Origin: Myxococcota bacterium
Lineage (GTDB): Bacteria; Myxococcota_A; Polyangia; Polyangiales; Houyiibacteriaceae
DNA: 64,000 bases
Assembly: GCA_039030515.1 (NCBI GenBank)
Contig: JBCCEA010000003.1
Coordinates: 64,001-128,000 of the forward strand
Direction of reading: 5' to 3'
A program made the position numbers and the translations under genes. The notes under the pieces were generated by a model. The model did no database searches. It saw only the letters and a program-made list of their open reading frames with translations, and had not been told where the DNA came from. Below are positions 50,195 to 61,133 of the stretch, piece by piece (the stretch's first letter is position 1; every line of letters starts with the position of its first letter).

Positions 50195-52471
50195 GTGCCG
50201 CAGCCCATTCTCACTCGAGAGCTACAAGCCAGCCTGCGCAAAGCATTCGATGAAGCTGCTCGATTACGTCATGAGTACGTGACCCTTGAGCATCTGCTTC
50301 TCGCTCTATTGGAGGACCCAAAGGCCAGAGAAGCGATCGAGCAGTGCGGAGGCGACATCGAAAAAATTCGCAGAGGCCTTTTGGTATTTTTCGAAAACCA
50401 CCTCACCTCACTGCGTATCGATACGGAAGAAGAGCCGCAATCCACCGTTCCCGTAGAGCGCGTACTTCAACGAGCCGCGATTCACGCGATTTCCTCCGAG
50501 ATGAAGTACATCGACGGCGCCAGCGTGTTGATACAGCTCTTCAAGGAAGAAGACACCCAAGCGGTCTATCTGCTGGAACGGGAAGGTCTCGACGTGCTTT
50601 CGCTGAAACACTTCGTTTCGCACGGAGAAACTCCCTTTCGAGCGGAGGAGTCGTCTGCGGAAGACGACGTTGAGGAGGAAGAGGAAGCACCGAGGAAACA
50701 GGACCCACTCGAAGCGTTTGCCACTGAACTTGTGGAAGAGGCCGAGCAAGGGCGAATCGATCCGCTCGTGGGAAGACAGGAGGAACTGCATCGCACCGTT
50801 CAGGTGCTGTGCCGTCGTAGAAAGAACAATCCGGTGTTCGTGGGAGAGCCTGGAGTCGGAAAAACGGCACTTGCCGAAGGCTTGGCACTGCGGATTCATC
50901 GCGGAGAGGTACCTTCAGTCCTCGAGGGCGCCCGGGTCTTCTCTCTCGATATGGGCGTGCTCCTGGCAGGCACCAAATTTCGAGGGCAGTTCGAAGAGCG
51001 CTTGAAAGCGGTAGTCAAACGCATTCAAGAGATCGACAACGCCATTTTATTCATCGACGAAATTCACACCATCGTGGGAGCCGGTGCGACCACGGGCAGT
51101 TCCATGGATGCGTCGAACATCCTCAAGCCCGCACTCGCGTCTGGCAAGCTCCGATGTATCGGTTCCACCACGTTCGTCGATTTCAAACACATCGAACGGG
51201 ACCGAGCCCTTTCCAGGCGATTCCAGAAAATAGAGATTAAGGAGCCTACGGTCGAGGAAACCGTCGCAATTTTAGAGGGACTGCGCGAGCGTTACGAGAC
51301 CCACCACGCGGTCACCTACGAGGAGGGCACGTTCGAGACGGCGGCGCGACTCGCGCACAAACACCTCCTAGAGCGTTTTCTCCCGGACAAGGCGATCGAT
51401 GTAATCGATGAGGCCGGATCCTTAGACCAACTGCGTTCTGAACCCACTGGATGCGTCCAGATCAAGGACATCCAAACGGTGGTAAGCTCCATCGCGCGAA
51501 TTCCTCTGGAAACGGTGTCGAGCGAGGAACGAGCTCAAATTCGGGATCTGGAGCCCGAGCTCAAAAAGGTGATCTTTGGACAGGACGACGCGGTCGAAAA
51601 GTTGGTTCAGTCGATCATGCTTTCCCGTGCGGGATTAAGGGCTAGCGACAAACCGATCGGTTCTTTTCTATTCGCTGGTCCTACCGGCGTGGGCAAGACC
51701 GAGCTCGCAAAGCAACTCGCCCGAATCCTCGGGATCAAACTCGTGCGATTCGACATGAGTGAATATGGAGAACGGCATTCTGTTTCTCGACTCATCGGCG
51801 CTCCCCCCGGGTATGTAGGTTTCGATCAAGGCGGTCTGCTCACCGACGCCGTTCGCCAAAGCCCCCACAGCGTCGTCGTCCTCGACGAAATCGAGAAAGC
51901 ACACCCAGAACTCTTTAACATCCTCCTACAGGTGATGGATCGAGCGACCTTGACCGACAACAACGGTCGTGCATCCGACTTTAGAAACGTTGTGTTGCTG
52001 CTTACAACCAATGCAGGGGCCTTCGAAGCAGCTCAAAACACCGTGGGGTTCTCGGCGGCACTCGAGGGTTCAGAGGACCATTCACGCGCCAGGCAAGCCA
52101 TCGAAAGGACCTTCACCCCAGAGTTTCGTAATCGACTTGATGCCACCCTCTACTTTCGCGGACTTTCACCTTCGATCATTCGCAAAGTTGCCGAAAAAGA
52201 GGTTTCAATCCTTGCCGACCAGCTCCGAGAAAAGGGAGTCCATCTCGAACTCGATGAAGAGGCGTATATCTGGCTCACAAAACATGGCTACGATCGCAAG
52301 TTCGGAGCGCGTCCTATGACCAGACTGGTCGAAACCGAACTAAAGCTACCGATCGCGAAGGCTCTTGTTTTTGATCAAGTGAGCAAAGGTTCAAACGTCA
52401 AAGTACGCTGTACGAATAACAAGCTGGACCTAAATTTCTATAACACCAAAGCCTTTTCGACTGATCAATAG
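50195..52471 (+). CDS. clpA: ClpA ATPase
   Basis: [37 protein letters not shown], no ClpB M-domain; follows clpS. Confidence 0.96.
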   Translation: MPQPILTRELQASLRKAFDEAARLRHEYVTLEHLLLALLEDPKAREAIEQCGGDIEKIRRGLLVFFENHLTSLRIDTEEEPQSTVPVERVLQRAAIHAISSEMKYIDGASVLIQLFKEEDTQAVYLLEREGLDVLSLKHFVSHGETPFRAEESSAEDDVEEEEEAPRKQDPLEAFATELVEEAEQGRIDPLVGRQEELHRTVQVLCRRRKNNPVFVGEPGVGKTALAEGLALRIHRGEVPSVLEGARVFSLDMGVLLAGTKFRGQFEERLKAVVKRIQEIDNAILFIDEIHTIVGAGATTGSSMDASNILKPALASGKLRCIGSTTFVDFKHIERDRALSRRFQKIEIKEPTVEETVAILEGLRERYETHHAVTYEEGTFETAARLAHKHLLERFLPDKAIDVIDEAGSLDQLRSEPTGCVQIKDIQTVVSSIARIPLETVSSEERAQIRDLEPELKKVIFGQDDAVEKLVQSIMLSRAGLRASDKPIGSFLFAGPTGVGKTELAKQLARILGIKLVRFDMSEYGERHSVSRLIGAPPGYVGFDQGGLLTDAVRQSPHSVVVLDEIEKAHPELFNILLQVMDRATLTDNNGRASDFRNVVLLLTTNAGAFEAAQNTVGFSAALEGSEDHSRARQAIERTFTPEFRNRLDATLYFRGLSPSIIRKVAEKEVSILADQLREKGVHLELDEEAYIWLTKHGYDRKFGARPMTRLVETELKLPIAKALVFDQVSKGSNVKVRCTNNKLDLNFYNTKAFSTDQ

Positions 52472-52580
52472 CAAAATGTCCATTTTGAGGCTTTCTATCC
52501 ATTGAGATTTGCCGCAGAAGCACGGGAGCCTTGTCGATCGGAAAATCCGTTCTTAGTCGAGGTCACTAAGCCGGAGGCTC

Positions 52581-53294
52581 GTGTATTTACTCAGCGACGA
52601 ACTTTCTTTTCCTGCGCCAGAATCGGCAAGTCCTGAAGGCATCGTAGCCATCGGCGGAGACGTATCTCGTCAAAGGCTGCTGCTCGCCTACCGAATGGGT
52701 ATTTTTCCTTGGCCAGTTCGAGATTTGCCCCTGCTTTGGTTTTCTCCCGACCCGCGATTCGTTTTGGAACCAAATAGTTTCCACCTGTCGAGATCGCTTC
52801 GAAAGACCCTGAAACGCGAGCAGTTTCACATCACCTTTGATCAACGCTTCAAAGATGTGATTCAGGCATGTGCCGATACCAAGCGGACCAATCAGCAGGG
52901 AACCTGGATCACAAAAGACTTGATCAGCGGATATTTGCAGCTCCACAGAGAAGGATATGCCCACTCAGTAGAGGCATGGCAAGACGACGAGCTTGTCGGG
53001 GGGCTGTACGGTGTTTCCCTCGGCTCCGCGTTCTTTGGTGAATCGATGTTTTCTAAGAAACAAGAAGCATCGAAAGTCGCATTTTCCGTTTTGGTCGCGC
53101 ATCTCAAAGAATGGAACTTTGAGATTATCGACTGCCAGGTCAAAACCGATCACCTCGCTCTATTCGGCGCTGTCGAATGGTCTCGAAAAAAATTTCTAAA
53201 CGCGTTGAACCGCTGTCTGGACGCTAAGACACGAGCGAGGCCTTGGATTCGGGAGCTCTCCCTCGCACACACCCTTCACATACTAACCACTTAG
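52581..53294 (+). CDS. aat: Leucyl/phenylalanyl-tRNA-protein transferase
   Basis: AYRMGIFPW, WFSPDPR, GTWIT, AHSVEAW, FFGESMFS, IDCQV. Confidence 0.97.
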   Translation: MYLLSDELSFPAPESASPEGIVAIGGDVSRQRLLLAYRMGIFPWPVRDLPLLWFSPDPRFVLEPNSFHLSRSLRKTLKREQFHITFDQRFKDVIQACADTKRTNQQGTWITKDLISGYLQLHREGYAHSVEAWQDDELVGGLYGVSLGSAFFGESMFSKKQEASKVAFSVLVAHLKEWNFEIIDCQVKTDHLALFGAVEWSRKKFLNALNRCLDAKTRARPWIRELSLAHTLHILTT

Positions 53295-53381
53295 CGAACG
53301 CACTTACCTCCCCCGCAACAACTACGTTTTCTTCTCCGCAGCTCCTGGTCAAGGAATCCGTTCCCCCGCCGTAACACTCTT

Positions 53382-54353
53382 TTGATGACCCAAACCGCCT
53401 CCCAGATTCCCTCCCCGGCGAGGAGCAGCGATCTTGCCGAGACGATCGTGGAGGAGCTTTGGTTCGGAGACGAAGACCCAAAGCGAACCTCCCAGGAGGC
53501 TTCAGAGTCTATGGCTGCTGTGATGGCGTCCACGGTGGGTTTGAAGCCCTTTCCCGCCATCGCGACCAGGATCATTCAGCTTACAGGAGAGCCCAACGTG
53601 GGGGTCGTAGACATCCGCGAGGAGATAGAAACCGACGCGGCCGTTGCTTCTCGTCTCCTTCGAATCGCCAACTCTCCTATGTACGCGGCTCGGATGCCGT
53701 GTGGCAGCATCGATGATGCCGTTCGACGTCTGGGTTTTGCGGCTGTACGTGACATCGTCGCCGGCATAGCCGCGATGGCGATGTTTGACGACCTCTCCGG
53801 ACTCGGTCAGTCGTTTCGTGATCACGCCGCCGGAGTCGCCGCCATAGTTCGTATCCTCGCCCTTGAGACACGCTACAAGCGCTCTTCGGATCTTTTCCTT
53901 TGTGCGTTGTTACACGACATTGGAAAACTCATGTCTCTTCAGGTGAACGAAGTTCCCTACGAAACTTTTGATCCAGAGGTCTTTGAGAGTCCCGACAGAC
54001 TCCACACTATCGAGCGACAAGTTACAGGCTACGATCATGCCGTGCTCGGAGCTCATGTGTTGGCACGGTGGAATCTGCCTCGAGATGTGTGTCGAACTGT
54101 CGCATGGCATCATCAGCCTGGACGCGCCTACGCCGAAGGGGGGGATACTGCAGTCATGGTGGCGCTTCTCAGAGTTGCCAACGGCATCGAATACCAAATC
54201 CAAAAAGACCACGAATACAGTGCAGAGTTCGCTACGGAACTCACCAAGAACTCCGCATGGCAGTACCTCGGACTATCTTTGGAAGTGTTCGAAGCGATGT
54301 GGAGCAAACTCATAGAGGCCCATCACGAAGTGGTTCAGGTGCTCTGCGACTAA
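53382..54353 (+). CDS. Stand-alone HDOD-domain protein
   Basis: LKPFPAIA, RLLRIANSPMY, AVRRLG, LLHDIGK, GYDHAVLG...W.LP, WHHQP. Confidence 0.9.
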   Translation: MMTQTASQIPSPARSSDLAETIVEELWFGDEDPKRTSQEASESMAAVMASTVGLKPFPAIATRIIQLTGEPNVGVVDIREEIETDAAVASRLLRIANSPMYAARMPCGSIDDAVRRLGFAAVRDIVAGIAAMAMFDDLSGLGQSFRDHAAGVAAIVRILALETRYKRSSDLFLCALLHDIGKLMSLQVNEVPYETFDPEVFESPDRLHTIERQVTGYDHAVLGAHVLARWNLPRDVCRTVAWHHQPGRAYAEGGDTAVMVALLRVANGIEYQIQKDHEYSAEFATELTKNSAWQYLGLSLEVFEAMWSKLIEAHHEVVQVLCD

Positions 54354-55855
54354 GGCGAACGCCGGCGATAGCGCTCGCGCAACATCGACTGACGGGTCGT
54401 GAGATCGACACGCTGCCCGCCGGAATAAAGCTGCTCAAGATGGGACGTTACCTCGAAAGGATCTGCAGACCAAACTGCAACATCGCCTCGAGAACCTCGT
54501 TGTAGCGTCAGTCCGTATTCCAGTCCGAAAACCTCAGCCGGTGTCGAGGTAAGCGCCTGGAGTGCAACTTCACGCGGAAGTCCTGCGCGAATCGCGTTTC
54601 CCGCCTCCTGCCGAAGATTGTGCACGCTGTGAGCATCATACGTCGTGAACATCAGACGTACTCCAGACTCATGAAGGCGTGCAGCGTTTTCATAGGAACT
54701 TGCAAGCTCTCGGAAAGACGTAGGCTGGTTGGTGAGCGGCTTGAGAATCACGGGAACTTCTGCAGCCGCGATCTGGTCTGCAACCATCCAACCCTCCTCC
54801 GCTCCGGAAAGAATGAGTCGGATCCCATATGCTTTTAACAATTCGATAATCCGAAGAATATCTGCCGCTCGGGAAACGCGCGCTACGATCGGCCGACGCT
54901 TCCCCAAAACCTCCGCAAGGCAAAGCAGATCGAGTCGGCTCGTGCGAAGCGCCCGGAGTGCATTTTGCTCGTACGCCTGAGGACGACTCACATGCGATCG
55001 CGTATCGTCAAGCGCCTCTCGAAGACGCATCAGAGCCAGTGGAAAGGTTCCTTCAAGAGCGCTCAGGCCGGGCGCGTCCAGCTGAACGTGCAGTGCCGCG
55101 CCAGCGCGGAGTATGCGTGCAGAATCCGCTCCCAAGTCCGTGAGGGCGCTGGTGCCGCTGATCAGTCCCCCGGTCGGAGTCGACAGTGCGACGGTGATCC
55201 CGCCAGTGCGCGCGACGGGAATCAAGGTTGAACGTGGATTGAACCCGTCTGCCGCAGAGAAGGCAGCACGAATCGGATCCACTTCATCGTTGCCGGGGGA
55301 ATCGTCCCTCGTCGAAGGTTCCGCTGAAATCTCCGCGAGACCGATACCGGTCTCCAGAGCGAAAAAGCCTGGAGTCAGAACTTTACCCTCTACCTTGACA
55401 ACCACCGCGTCGGACGGAATCGGTCGCAGAGGACCTGCATAGGAAATCTGAGCTTCCTGAATGACCACGAGACCGTTCGTTAGGACCTCGCCACTTGGAA
55501 ACCACAGTGTCCCCCCCACCAGGGCAAGTTTGGACGTGTCCGGCACAGGCGGCTCTCGCCTCGCATCCCGGCTCTCTCCTCGGGATCGCGTCACCCTCTG
55601 AATTGAAGACGCAGGGCTCTCGAGGTCCTGTGCATGGGCGATCGATAACTGAGCACGAGGTTTCGACCCGAAAGTCGAAAATTCCATAGGATCAATCGAA
55701 AAAGCCCACAAAAGCGCCAAGCAAAGCCGGCCCAAAGGCCGAGACGCAACGCCGGCCAAGCTCCAAGGATCACCTCGTCTCAAAGGGCAGATCCGCCGCT
55801 CGGGGAGCGCATCGGCACGATCGGCCGCGTCGCGAGCAGAGTTTGGCTGATTCAT
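54350..55855 (-). CDS. Amidohydrolase-fold protein lacking the HxH metal ligands
   Basis: LTPGFFALETGIG where HxH is expected; ADGFNP, RTGGIT, GDVAVWSADPF. Confidence 0.8.
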   Translation of the reverse strand: MNQPNSARDAADRADALPERRICPLRRGDPWSLAGVASRPLGRLCLALLWAFSIDPMEFSTFGSKPRAQLSIAHAQDLESPASSIQRVTRSRGESRDARREPPVPDTSKLALVGGTLWFPSGEVLTNGLVVIQEAQISYAGPLRPIPSDAVVVKVEGKVLTPGFFALETGIGLAEISAEPSTRDDSPGNDEVDPIRAAFSAADGFNPRSTLIPVARTGGITVALSTPTGGLISGTSALTDLGADSARILRAGAALHVQLDAPGLSALEGTFPLALMRLREALDDTRSHVSRPQAYEQNALRALRTSRLDLLCLAEVLGKRRPIVARVSRAADILRIIELLKAYGIRLILSGAEEGWMVADQIAAAEVPVILKPLTNQPTSFRELASSYENAARLHESGVRLMFTTYDAHSVHNLRQEAGNAIRAGLPREVALQALTSTPAEVFGLEYGLTLQRGSRGDVAVWSADPFEVTSHLEQLYSGGQRVDLTTRQSMLRERYRRRSP

Positions 55856-57429
55856 TGGATTTTGGTTCCCGGCTGTCCCAGCTCAAAATCGCTTGGGCGC
55901 CGGCCCTCGGATGCTGCGTACGCCAGCACTCCATCGACGTATACTTGGGTTACCGAGGCGTATACCGAAAAGGGATCGGCGTTCCATACCGTGACATCCG
56001 CCATCTTCCCCTCCTCCAAGGTTCCGACAAGGTGCTCAATACCCAGAATCCAAGCAGCATCGGCGGTGATCCAGCGCATGGCCGCCTCGCGATCCACCTC
56101 GATATCGGCGATACGTCCCGCAGTCATCGCCTTGGCGACCTCTTGGTTTAGACGCTGCACCAGCATCGCATCATCTGAATGCAGCGCTGCTCGAACTCGG
56201 GCCTCGGAAAGCAGGGGGAGCGTTTCGAAGATCGCGTCGTAGGCCTCGGCCTTAAAACCCCACCAATCAAACCAGGTACTCACACCCACATGCCGCGAAG
56301 CGAGAACTTCTCGAATCTTGTAGGCCTCCACCGCATGATGAAATGCGCGGACACGGAACCCGAATTCGTCGGCCAAATCGAGCATGCGCAACATCTCGTC
56401 CGCCCGATAACAGTGCACCTGAACCAAGATAGCTCCCTCGATCGCCTGCAGTAGTGTCTCGAGTCCGAAATCGCGCGTAGGAGGCGACGGAGCCGGATCG
56501 ACGTGCTCGGGACCTGAGCGGTGCTTCTGTTGCCAGTCCAGAAATTTCTGTCGGTATTCCAGCGCATCTTGAAAAGCGTTCCGAGTCCAAAGCACACTCC
56601 CCATCCTCGTGGAGGGCGGCTGATGACGCTGCCCGTACACCCTTTTCGGATTTTCCCCGCAAGCCATCTTGAGACTGTAGGGCGCCCCAACAAAGCGCAT
56701 GGACTCGAGCGAGGTTTCCGGCTGGAGCTTGATCGTGACCCCGCGACCTCCGATGAGGTTTGCCGAGCCCGGCAGGATGTGGACGGTGGTCACCCCTGCT
56801 GCAAGCGCTCGGCTAAGCGCGGGGTCCTGCGGCCAAAAGGAGTCACCCGCATACACGCCAGGAGTCGTTGGAGAGGTCGCCTCGTTCCCGTCGGCGTGGG
56901 CCCGAACTTGGGGCATGGCATAAACCCCCATGTGGGAATGGGTGTCGATGAGGCCAGGGGTCACGTACAGGCCGCGGATATCGATAAGGCTCCCGTCCGG
57001 AGCGAGCTCGTTCTGCAGGCGCTCGGAGTCAAAGGGTCCAGCATAGGCGATGCGACCATCTCGCATCACGATAAGGCTGTCCGCGATAGTACCGACGCCG
57101 GACATCATCGTTCCGTGAGCTAACGCTACGGTCCTAGTGGAGTAAGCGAGCGGCAACTCTTCCTCAAGCTGCCACGGAAGAGCCGGCAGCTCGATCTGAC
57201 CTGAGGATTCCGTTGAAGGAACCATGGCGGCCGTGCTTAGACCGCAGCTGGCGCCGAGCATCCCAAGCAAAAAAACCGTACACGCTCCGAGGCAGCGATC
57301 GGCGCCGAGCATGAACGGACTCTTGCACGACAGTCCCGCCAAGTCACCAGTGCACTTGCCTACCCGAGCGCCTCGCTGTCTTGAACGCATCTCGAAGCGC
57401 AAGGGGCTCTCGGTCAGAGCGAGCGACAC
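55852..57429 (-). CDS. Metal-dependent amidohydrolase, probable lipoprotein
   Basis: TPGLIDTHSHMG, LKMACGENPK, VHCYRADE, HHAVEAYK, LHSDD; LGASC lipobox. True start probably downstream of 57429. Confidence 0.9.
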   Translation of the reverse strand: MSLALTESPLRFEMRSRQRGARVGKCTGDLAGLSCKSPFMLGADRCLGACTVFLLGMLGASCGLSTAAMVPSTESSGQIELPALPWQLEEELPLAYSTRTVALAHGTMMSGVGTIADSLIVMRDGRIAYAGPFDSERLQNELAPDGSLIDIRGLYVTPGLIDTHSHMGVYAMPQVRAHADGNEATSPTTPGVYAGDSFWPQDPALSRALAAGVTTVHILPGSANLIGGRGVTIKLQPETSLESMRFVGAPYSLKMACGENPKRVYGQRHQPPSTRMGSVLWTRNAFQDALEYRQKFLDWQQKHRSGPEHVDPAPSPPTRDFGLETLLQAIEGAILVQVHCYRADEMLRMLDLADEFGFRVRAFHHAVEAYKIREVLASRHVGVSTWFDWWGFKAEAYDAIFETLPLLSEARVRAALHSDDAMLVQRLNQEVAKAMTAGRIADIEVDREAAMRWITADAAWILGIEHLVGTLEEGKMADVTVWNADPFSVYASVTQVYVDGVLAYAASEGRRPSDFELGQPGTKIQ

Positions 57430-57436
57430 GGGCGTG

Positions 57437-58600
57437 CTAGCGCGCGCAAAATTCGTCGTAGTCGATGTAACGGGTCACCGTCGGATGCTCGCCACATACG
57501 TTGCAGTCTTTGTCCTTCCGAAGCTTGAACCTTCGAAACTTCATCTTCATGGAATCGTACTGCAGCAGGGTTCCGACCAGCGGCTCGCCCTGGCCCAAGA
57601 TGATCTTGATCGCTTCTGTAGCTTGAAGCGTTCCGATCACACCCGGGAGCACACCGAGCACTCCAGCTTCTGCGCATGAAGGAGCGAGATGAGGAGGCGG
57701 CGGCTCCGGATAGAGGCATCGATAGCAAGGACCTTTGCCAGGCCAAAAGGTAGTCACCTGACCGTCAAAGCGAAAGATCGATCCGTGAACCACCGGAATG
57801 CCCTTCCAAACGCTGGCGTCATTCACGAGATAGCGAGTCGGAAAATTGTCGAGACCGTCGACCACCACATCCCATTTTTGGTCGAAGATTCGGTCGATAT
57901 TCGCCGAGTTCAGACGCTCCTGAAAAGGAACGATGCGGACGTCAGGGTTGAGGTTTCGGAGGGTCTGGGCGCCACTTTCTACCTTGGACACACCCAGTCG
58001 GTCCTGTCCGTGTAGAATTTGCCTTTGGAGATTCGACGCGTCCACAACATCTCCATCGACGATGCCGAGCGTTCCGACGCCTGCCGCAGCGAGATAGAGC
58101 GCAGCAGGTGAACCAAGCCCGCCCGCGCCCAAAAGGAGAACGCGCGCGGTGAGCAATTTCTCTTGCCCCTTTTCCCCCACCTCAGGCAGCAACAGGTGCC
58201 TGGAGTAGCGATCGAGCTGCGCCTCGGTAAACGCAAACGGTACCTCGTAGGGATAGCCGAGATCCTTCCACTGGTTGAACCCTGGGTTTGCGCTCCAAAC
58301 GTTCGAGTAGCCTAGGTTGTGCAGTGCTTCGGCGGCAAACGCGCTTCGGATGCCTCCTGCACAAAGAGTGATGATTTCGGTCGATTTATCGGGCAGTCGC
58401 GCTTCGGCCTGCATTTCCAGAAAACCCCGGGGCAGATGCAGGGAACCTGGAACGTACCCTTGCCGCCATTCGTCTTTTTCTCGAACATCCACCAAAACAA
58501 AGTTTGATTTCTGTTCCAGCCTTTGACGGACCTCTTCCAAAGAAACCTGCCGGACGTTTTCTTTTACCCTGCTGAGTAGATCGGAATAAGTCTTGCCCAT
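57437..58600 (-). CDS. moeB: Rhodanese-MoeB/ThiF fusion (MoeZ type)
   Basis: DVRE..EW..G, CAGGIRS (active Cys), RYSRHLLLPEVG, GAGGLGSP, SNLQRQ, CYRC, SCAEAGVLG, CNVC. Confidence 0.9.
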   Translation of the reverse strand: MGKTYSDLLSRVKENVRQVSLEEVRQRLEQKSNFVLVDVREKDEWRQGYVPGSLHLPRGFLEMQAEARLPDKSTEIITLCAGGIRSAFAAEALHNLGYSNVWSANPGFNQWKDLGYPYEVPFAFTEAQLDRYSRHLLLPEVGEKGQEKLLTARVLLLGAGGLGSPAALYLAAAGVGTLGIVDGDVVDASNLQRQILHGQDRLGVSKVESGAQTLRNLNPDVRIVPFQERLNSANIDRIFDQKWDVVVDGLDNFPTRYLVNDASVWKGIPVVHGSIFRFDGQVTTFWPGKGPCYRCLYPEPPPPHLAPSCAEAGVLGVLPGVIGTLQATEAIKIILGQGEPLVGTLLQYDSMKMKFRRFKLRKDKDCNVCGEHPTVTRYIDYDEFCAR

Positions 58601-58642
58601 GATGCCGCTCGACCGGAGGAGTTACGCAGGGCGCGCTGGAGG

Positions 58643-60298
58643 TCAAGCAGGGGAGCTGTTGACCGTCATGCGGAAGGCGCTGCCGGGCCTGACATCAAAT
58701 CCAGCCGGGCCTGACATCAAATCCATCAGCGAGGCGTGAACTTCTGGCAGTGCACGGGCGACCTCGGTAGCGAGCAATCCTCGGTCGGACCTTGCTGCGC
58801 GCTCACCGGCAACGGCATGTAGCCAAACCATGGCGAGCGCCGCTTCGAAGGATTTTTTTTGCGCCAGCAGAGAAGCGATGGCGCCTGCGAGCACATCGCC
58901 AGTCCCCGCCACGCCCAGTGCTGGTGTGCCTCGGTCACACACCGCCAGCTTCGATGTCCCTGCAACGATGCTTCCGGCTCCCTTGAGGACCACGGTCTGC
59001 CCAGACCGGTCTGAGAGCTGGAGCGCTGCGCGATAGCGATCGCGTTGAATCGCTTCCGTTGTGCAGTCGAGAAGTCGGGCGGCCTCACCTGGATGTGGCG
59101 TCAACACCCTCGGGCCCGGGTGATCGGCGAGCTCATCGAGACACTTTTCCTTCGCCAACGCGGTCAGGGCATCGGCATCGAGGACCATCGGCATCGAGAC
59201 CTCTTTGGAGAGCCGCCGCACAAATCCAGTCGTGCTCTTTGAGATGCCCAGCCCAGGACCGAGCACAACTGCGTCCATCCCGTCGATGCATCGATGTGCC
59301 GCATCGACTGAGAGCTCCGCTCCGACGCTCTCGGTCATCAACTCGACGACCTTAGCCTCCCACCGCCTCGCTACGTCCTCGGTGCCGACGAGTGTTACCA
59401 GACCGGCACCGGCGCGCAGTGCGCCGAGCCCTGAAAGATAGGCTGCGCCAGTTTTGCCCGCGGAACCTCCGAGTACCGCTACCCGGCCGGCGCTGCCCTT
59501 ATGGCTGTCTTTCGCACGGCAAGGCAGGTTTTGGGCCACCTGAGCCGCCTCTATCCGAACGCAGGAATCCGCATTGGCAGGAGACGGTACGCCGATATCC
59601 AAAACACGAATCCGGCCGGCATGAGCCGCACCGGGATGCTGGAGGAGCCCTCGTTTCAGTGCGCCAAAAGTGACGGTAACCGACGCGCGAAACGCCGTAC
59701 CCCAAACCTGTCCAGTGTCACAATCGATTCCGCTTGGGCAGTCTAAAGAAAGGGCGGGAATCCCGAGTCGGTTGGACTGTTCGATCAGATGGCGAAACGT
59801 TCCATCGATCGGGCGAGCCAGCCCAGTTCCGAAGAGCCCGTCGACCAGGATGCTTGCGCGCTTGAGTTCCGACGTCGCTTCGTCAAAGGAGGATTGACGG
59901 GGCAGATGCAAGCGAGGGATCTGCATGGCCTCAAGCGCGTTCCAATTGGCAAGCGCATCGCCCTGTAGATGCTCCGATTCGCCGGCAAAAATGCAAAAGG
60001 GAACGTAGCCACGCACGCGCAGGTGGCGGGCAACCACCCAAGCATCTCCGCCGTTCTTTCCTGGTCCCCCCAAGATCACGGGGCGACAGAGGAAGTCTGA
60101 ACAGTCCTGCTCGAGGACATCCGCAGCCCCTCGACCGGCGTTCTCCATGAGAACCAGACCAGAAACTCCTGCGGAGATCGCGGAATCGTCAAACGCTTGA
60201 GCCTGTGCACGCGTAAAAATCGGAGTCCCGTGGCGCACAGAACAATTCAGGTAGCTCGGGTTCGCGATCGCTGCTCGACCTGGCCTACGGTCGTCCAC
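58643..60298 (-). CDS. nnr: Bifunctional NAD(P)H-hydrate epimerase/dehydratase
   Basis: LMENAG, GKNGGDA, DGLFGTG, DCPSG, SHKGSAG, LDADAL, LTPHPGEAARL, AGTGDVLAG. Confidence 0.93.
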   Translation of the reverse strand: MDDRRPGRAAIANPSYLNCSVRHGTPIFTRAQAQAFDDSAISAGVSGLVLMENAGRGAADVLEQDCSDFLCRPVILGGPGKNGGDAWVVARHLRVRGYVPFCIFAGESEHLQGDALANWNALEAMQIPRLHLPRQSSFDEATSELKRASILVDGLFGTGLARPIDGTFRHLIEQSNRLGIPALSLDCPSGIDCDTGQVWGTAFRASVTVTFGALKRGLLQHPGAAHAGRIRVLDIGVPSPANADSCVRIEAAQVAQNLPCRAKDSHKGSAGRVAVLGGSAGKTGAAYLSGLGALRAGAGLVTLVGTEDVARRWEAKVVELMTESVGAELSVDAAHRCIDGMDAVVLGPGLGISKSTTGFVRRLSKEVSMPMVLDADALTALAKEKCLDELADHPGPRVLTPHPGEAARLLDCTTEAIQRDRYRAALQLSDRSGQTVVLKGAGSIVAGTSKLAVCDRGTPALGVAGTGDVLAGAIASLLAQKKSFEAALAMVWLHAVAGERAARSDRGLLATEVARALPEVHASLMDLMSGPAGFDVRPGSAFRMTVNSSPA

Positions 60299-60301
60299 GG
60301 C

Positions 60302-61063
60302 TCACTCTTTGGTTCGATCGGTATTTCGGGCCGAAATGGCCTGTTCAATCGCGTTCAGATAGGTACGGACCACCGGAGCAAGACCTCGAAACACCGATTC
60401 GGAGATCATCGCGTGTCCTATGTTGAGCTCCCGAATCTCGCAGCTTCGCGCGACCAGCGGCCCCAGATTGGCAGCCGTCAAACCGTGACCGGCCGCAATG
60501 CGTAACGATGGAGCCTCGTCCGCCGCAAATCGCGCCGCCACCAGCAGACGCGCCAGTTCTCGTTCGGTATGCGTTGGCTGAGCGTCTGCGTAGTCACCCG
60601 TATGCAGTTCGATCTCGTCGGTCTTGACCGCCGCCGCCGCCTGAACCTGTTCGCCCTCAGGATCGACAAACAGGCTCACCAAAACACCGACGCCGTGAAG
60701 ACGTTCGATCGCCTCCGCCAGCAACACACGATGCCGCACCACATCGAGTCCACCTTCCGTGGTTCGTTCCTCTCTTTGCTCCGGTACGAAAGTCACCTTG
60801 TCGGGTTTGATTCGAAGCGCGAAGTGGATCATCTCTCGCGTCGCAGCCATCTCAAGGTTCAACTTGGTGGTCAGCACTTCCCGCAATCGCTCCACGTCCT
60901 GATCTTGAATGTGCCGGCGATCCTCCCGAAGATGGACGGTGATCCCTTGGGCACCGGCCTTCTCGCATTCCAGAGCCGCAGCGACTGGGTCAGGGTACGC
61001 GGTCCCCCGAGCCTGACGGAGCGTTGCGATGTGGTCGACATTCACGTGTAGATCAACGGCCAT
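60302..61063 (-). CDS. pdxJ: Pyridoxine 5'-phosphate synthase
   Basis: VNVDHIATLRQARG, TVHLREDRRHIQ, TTEGGLD, AGHGL, NIGH. Confidence 0.97.
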   Translation of the reverse strand: MAVDLHVNVDHIATLRQARGTAYPDPVAAALECEKAGAQGITVHLREDRRHIQDQDVERLREVLTTKLNLEMAATREMIHFALRIKPDKVTFVPEQREERTTEGGLDVVRHRVLLAEAIERLHGVGVLVSLFVDPEGEQVQAAAAVKTDEIELHTGDYADAQPTHTERELARLLVAARFAADEAPSLRIAAGHGLTAANLGPLVARSCEIRELNIGHAMISESVFRGLAPVVRTYLNAIEQAISARNTDRTKE

Positions 61064-61133
61064 CGGTACTCCCTTGGATTCGGACCATGCCGTAACCTAG
61101 CGGCTCCTTGCCTGTCGGGGTAGTGCTGACTCC

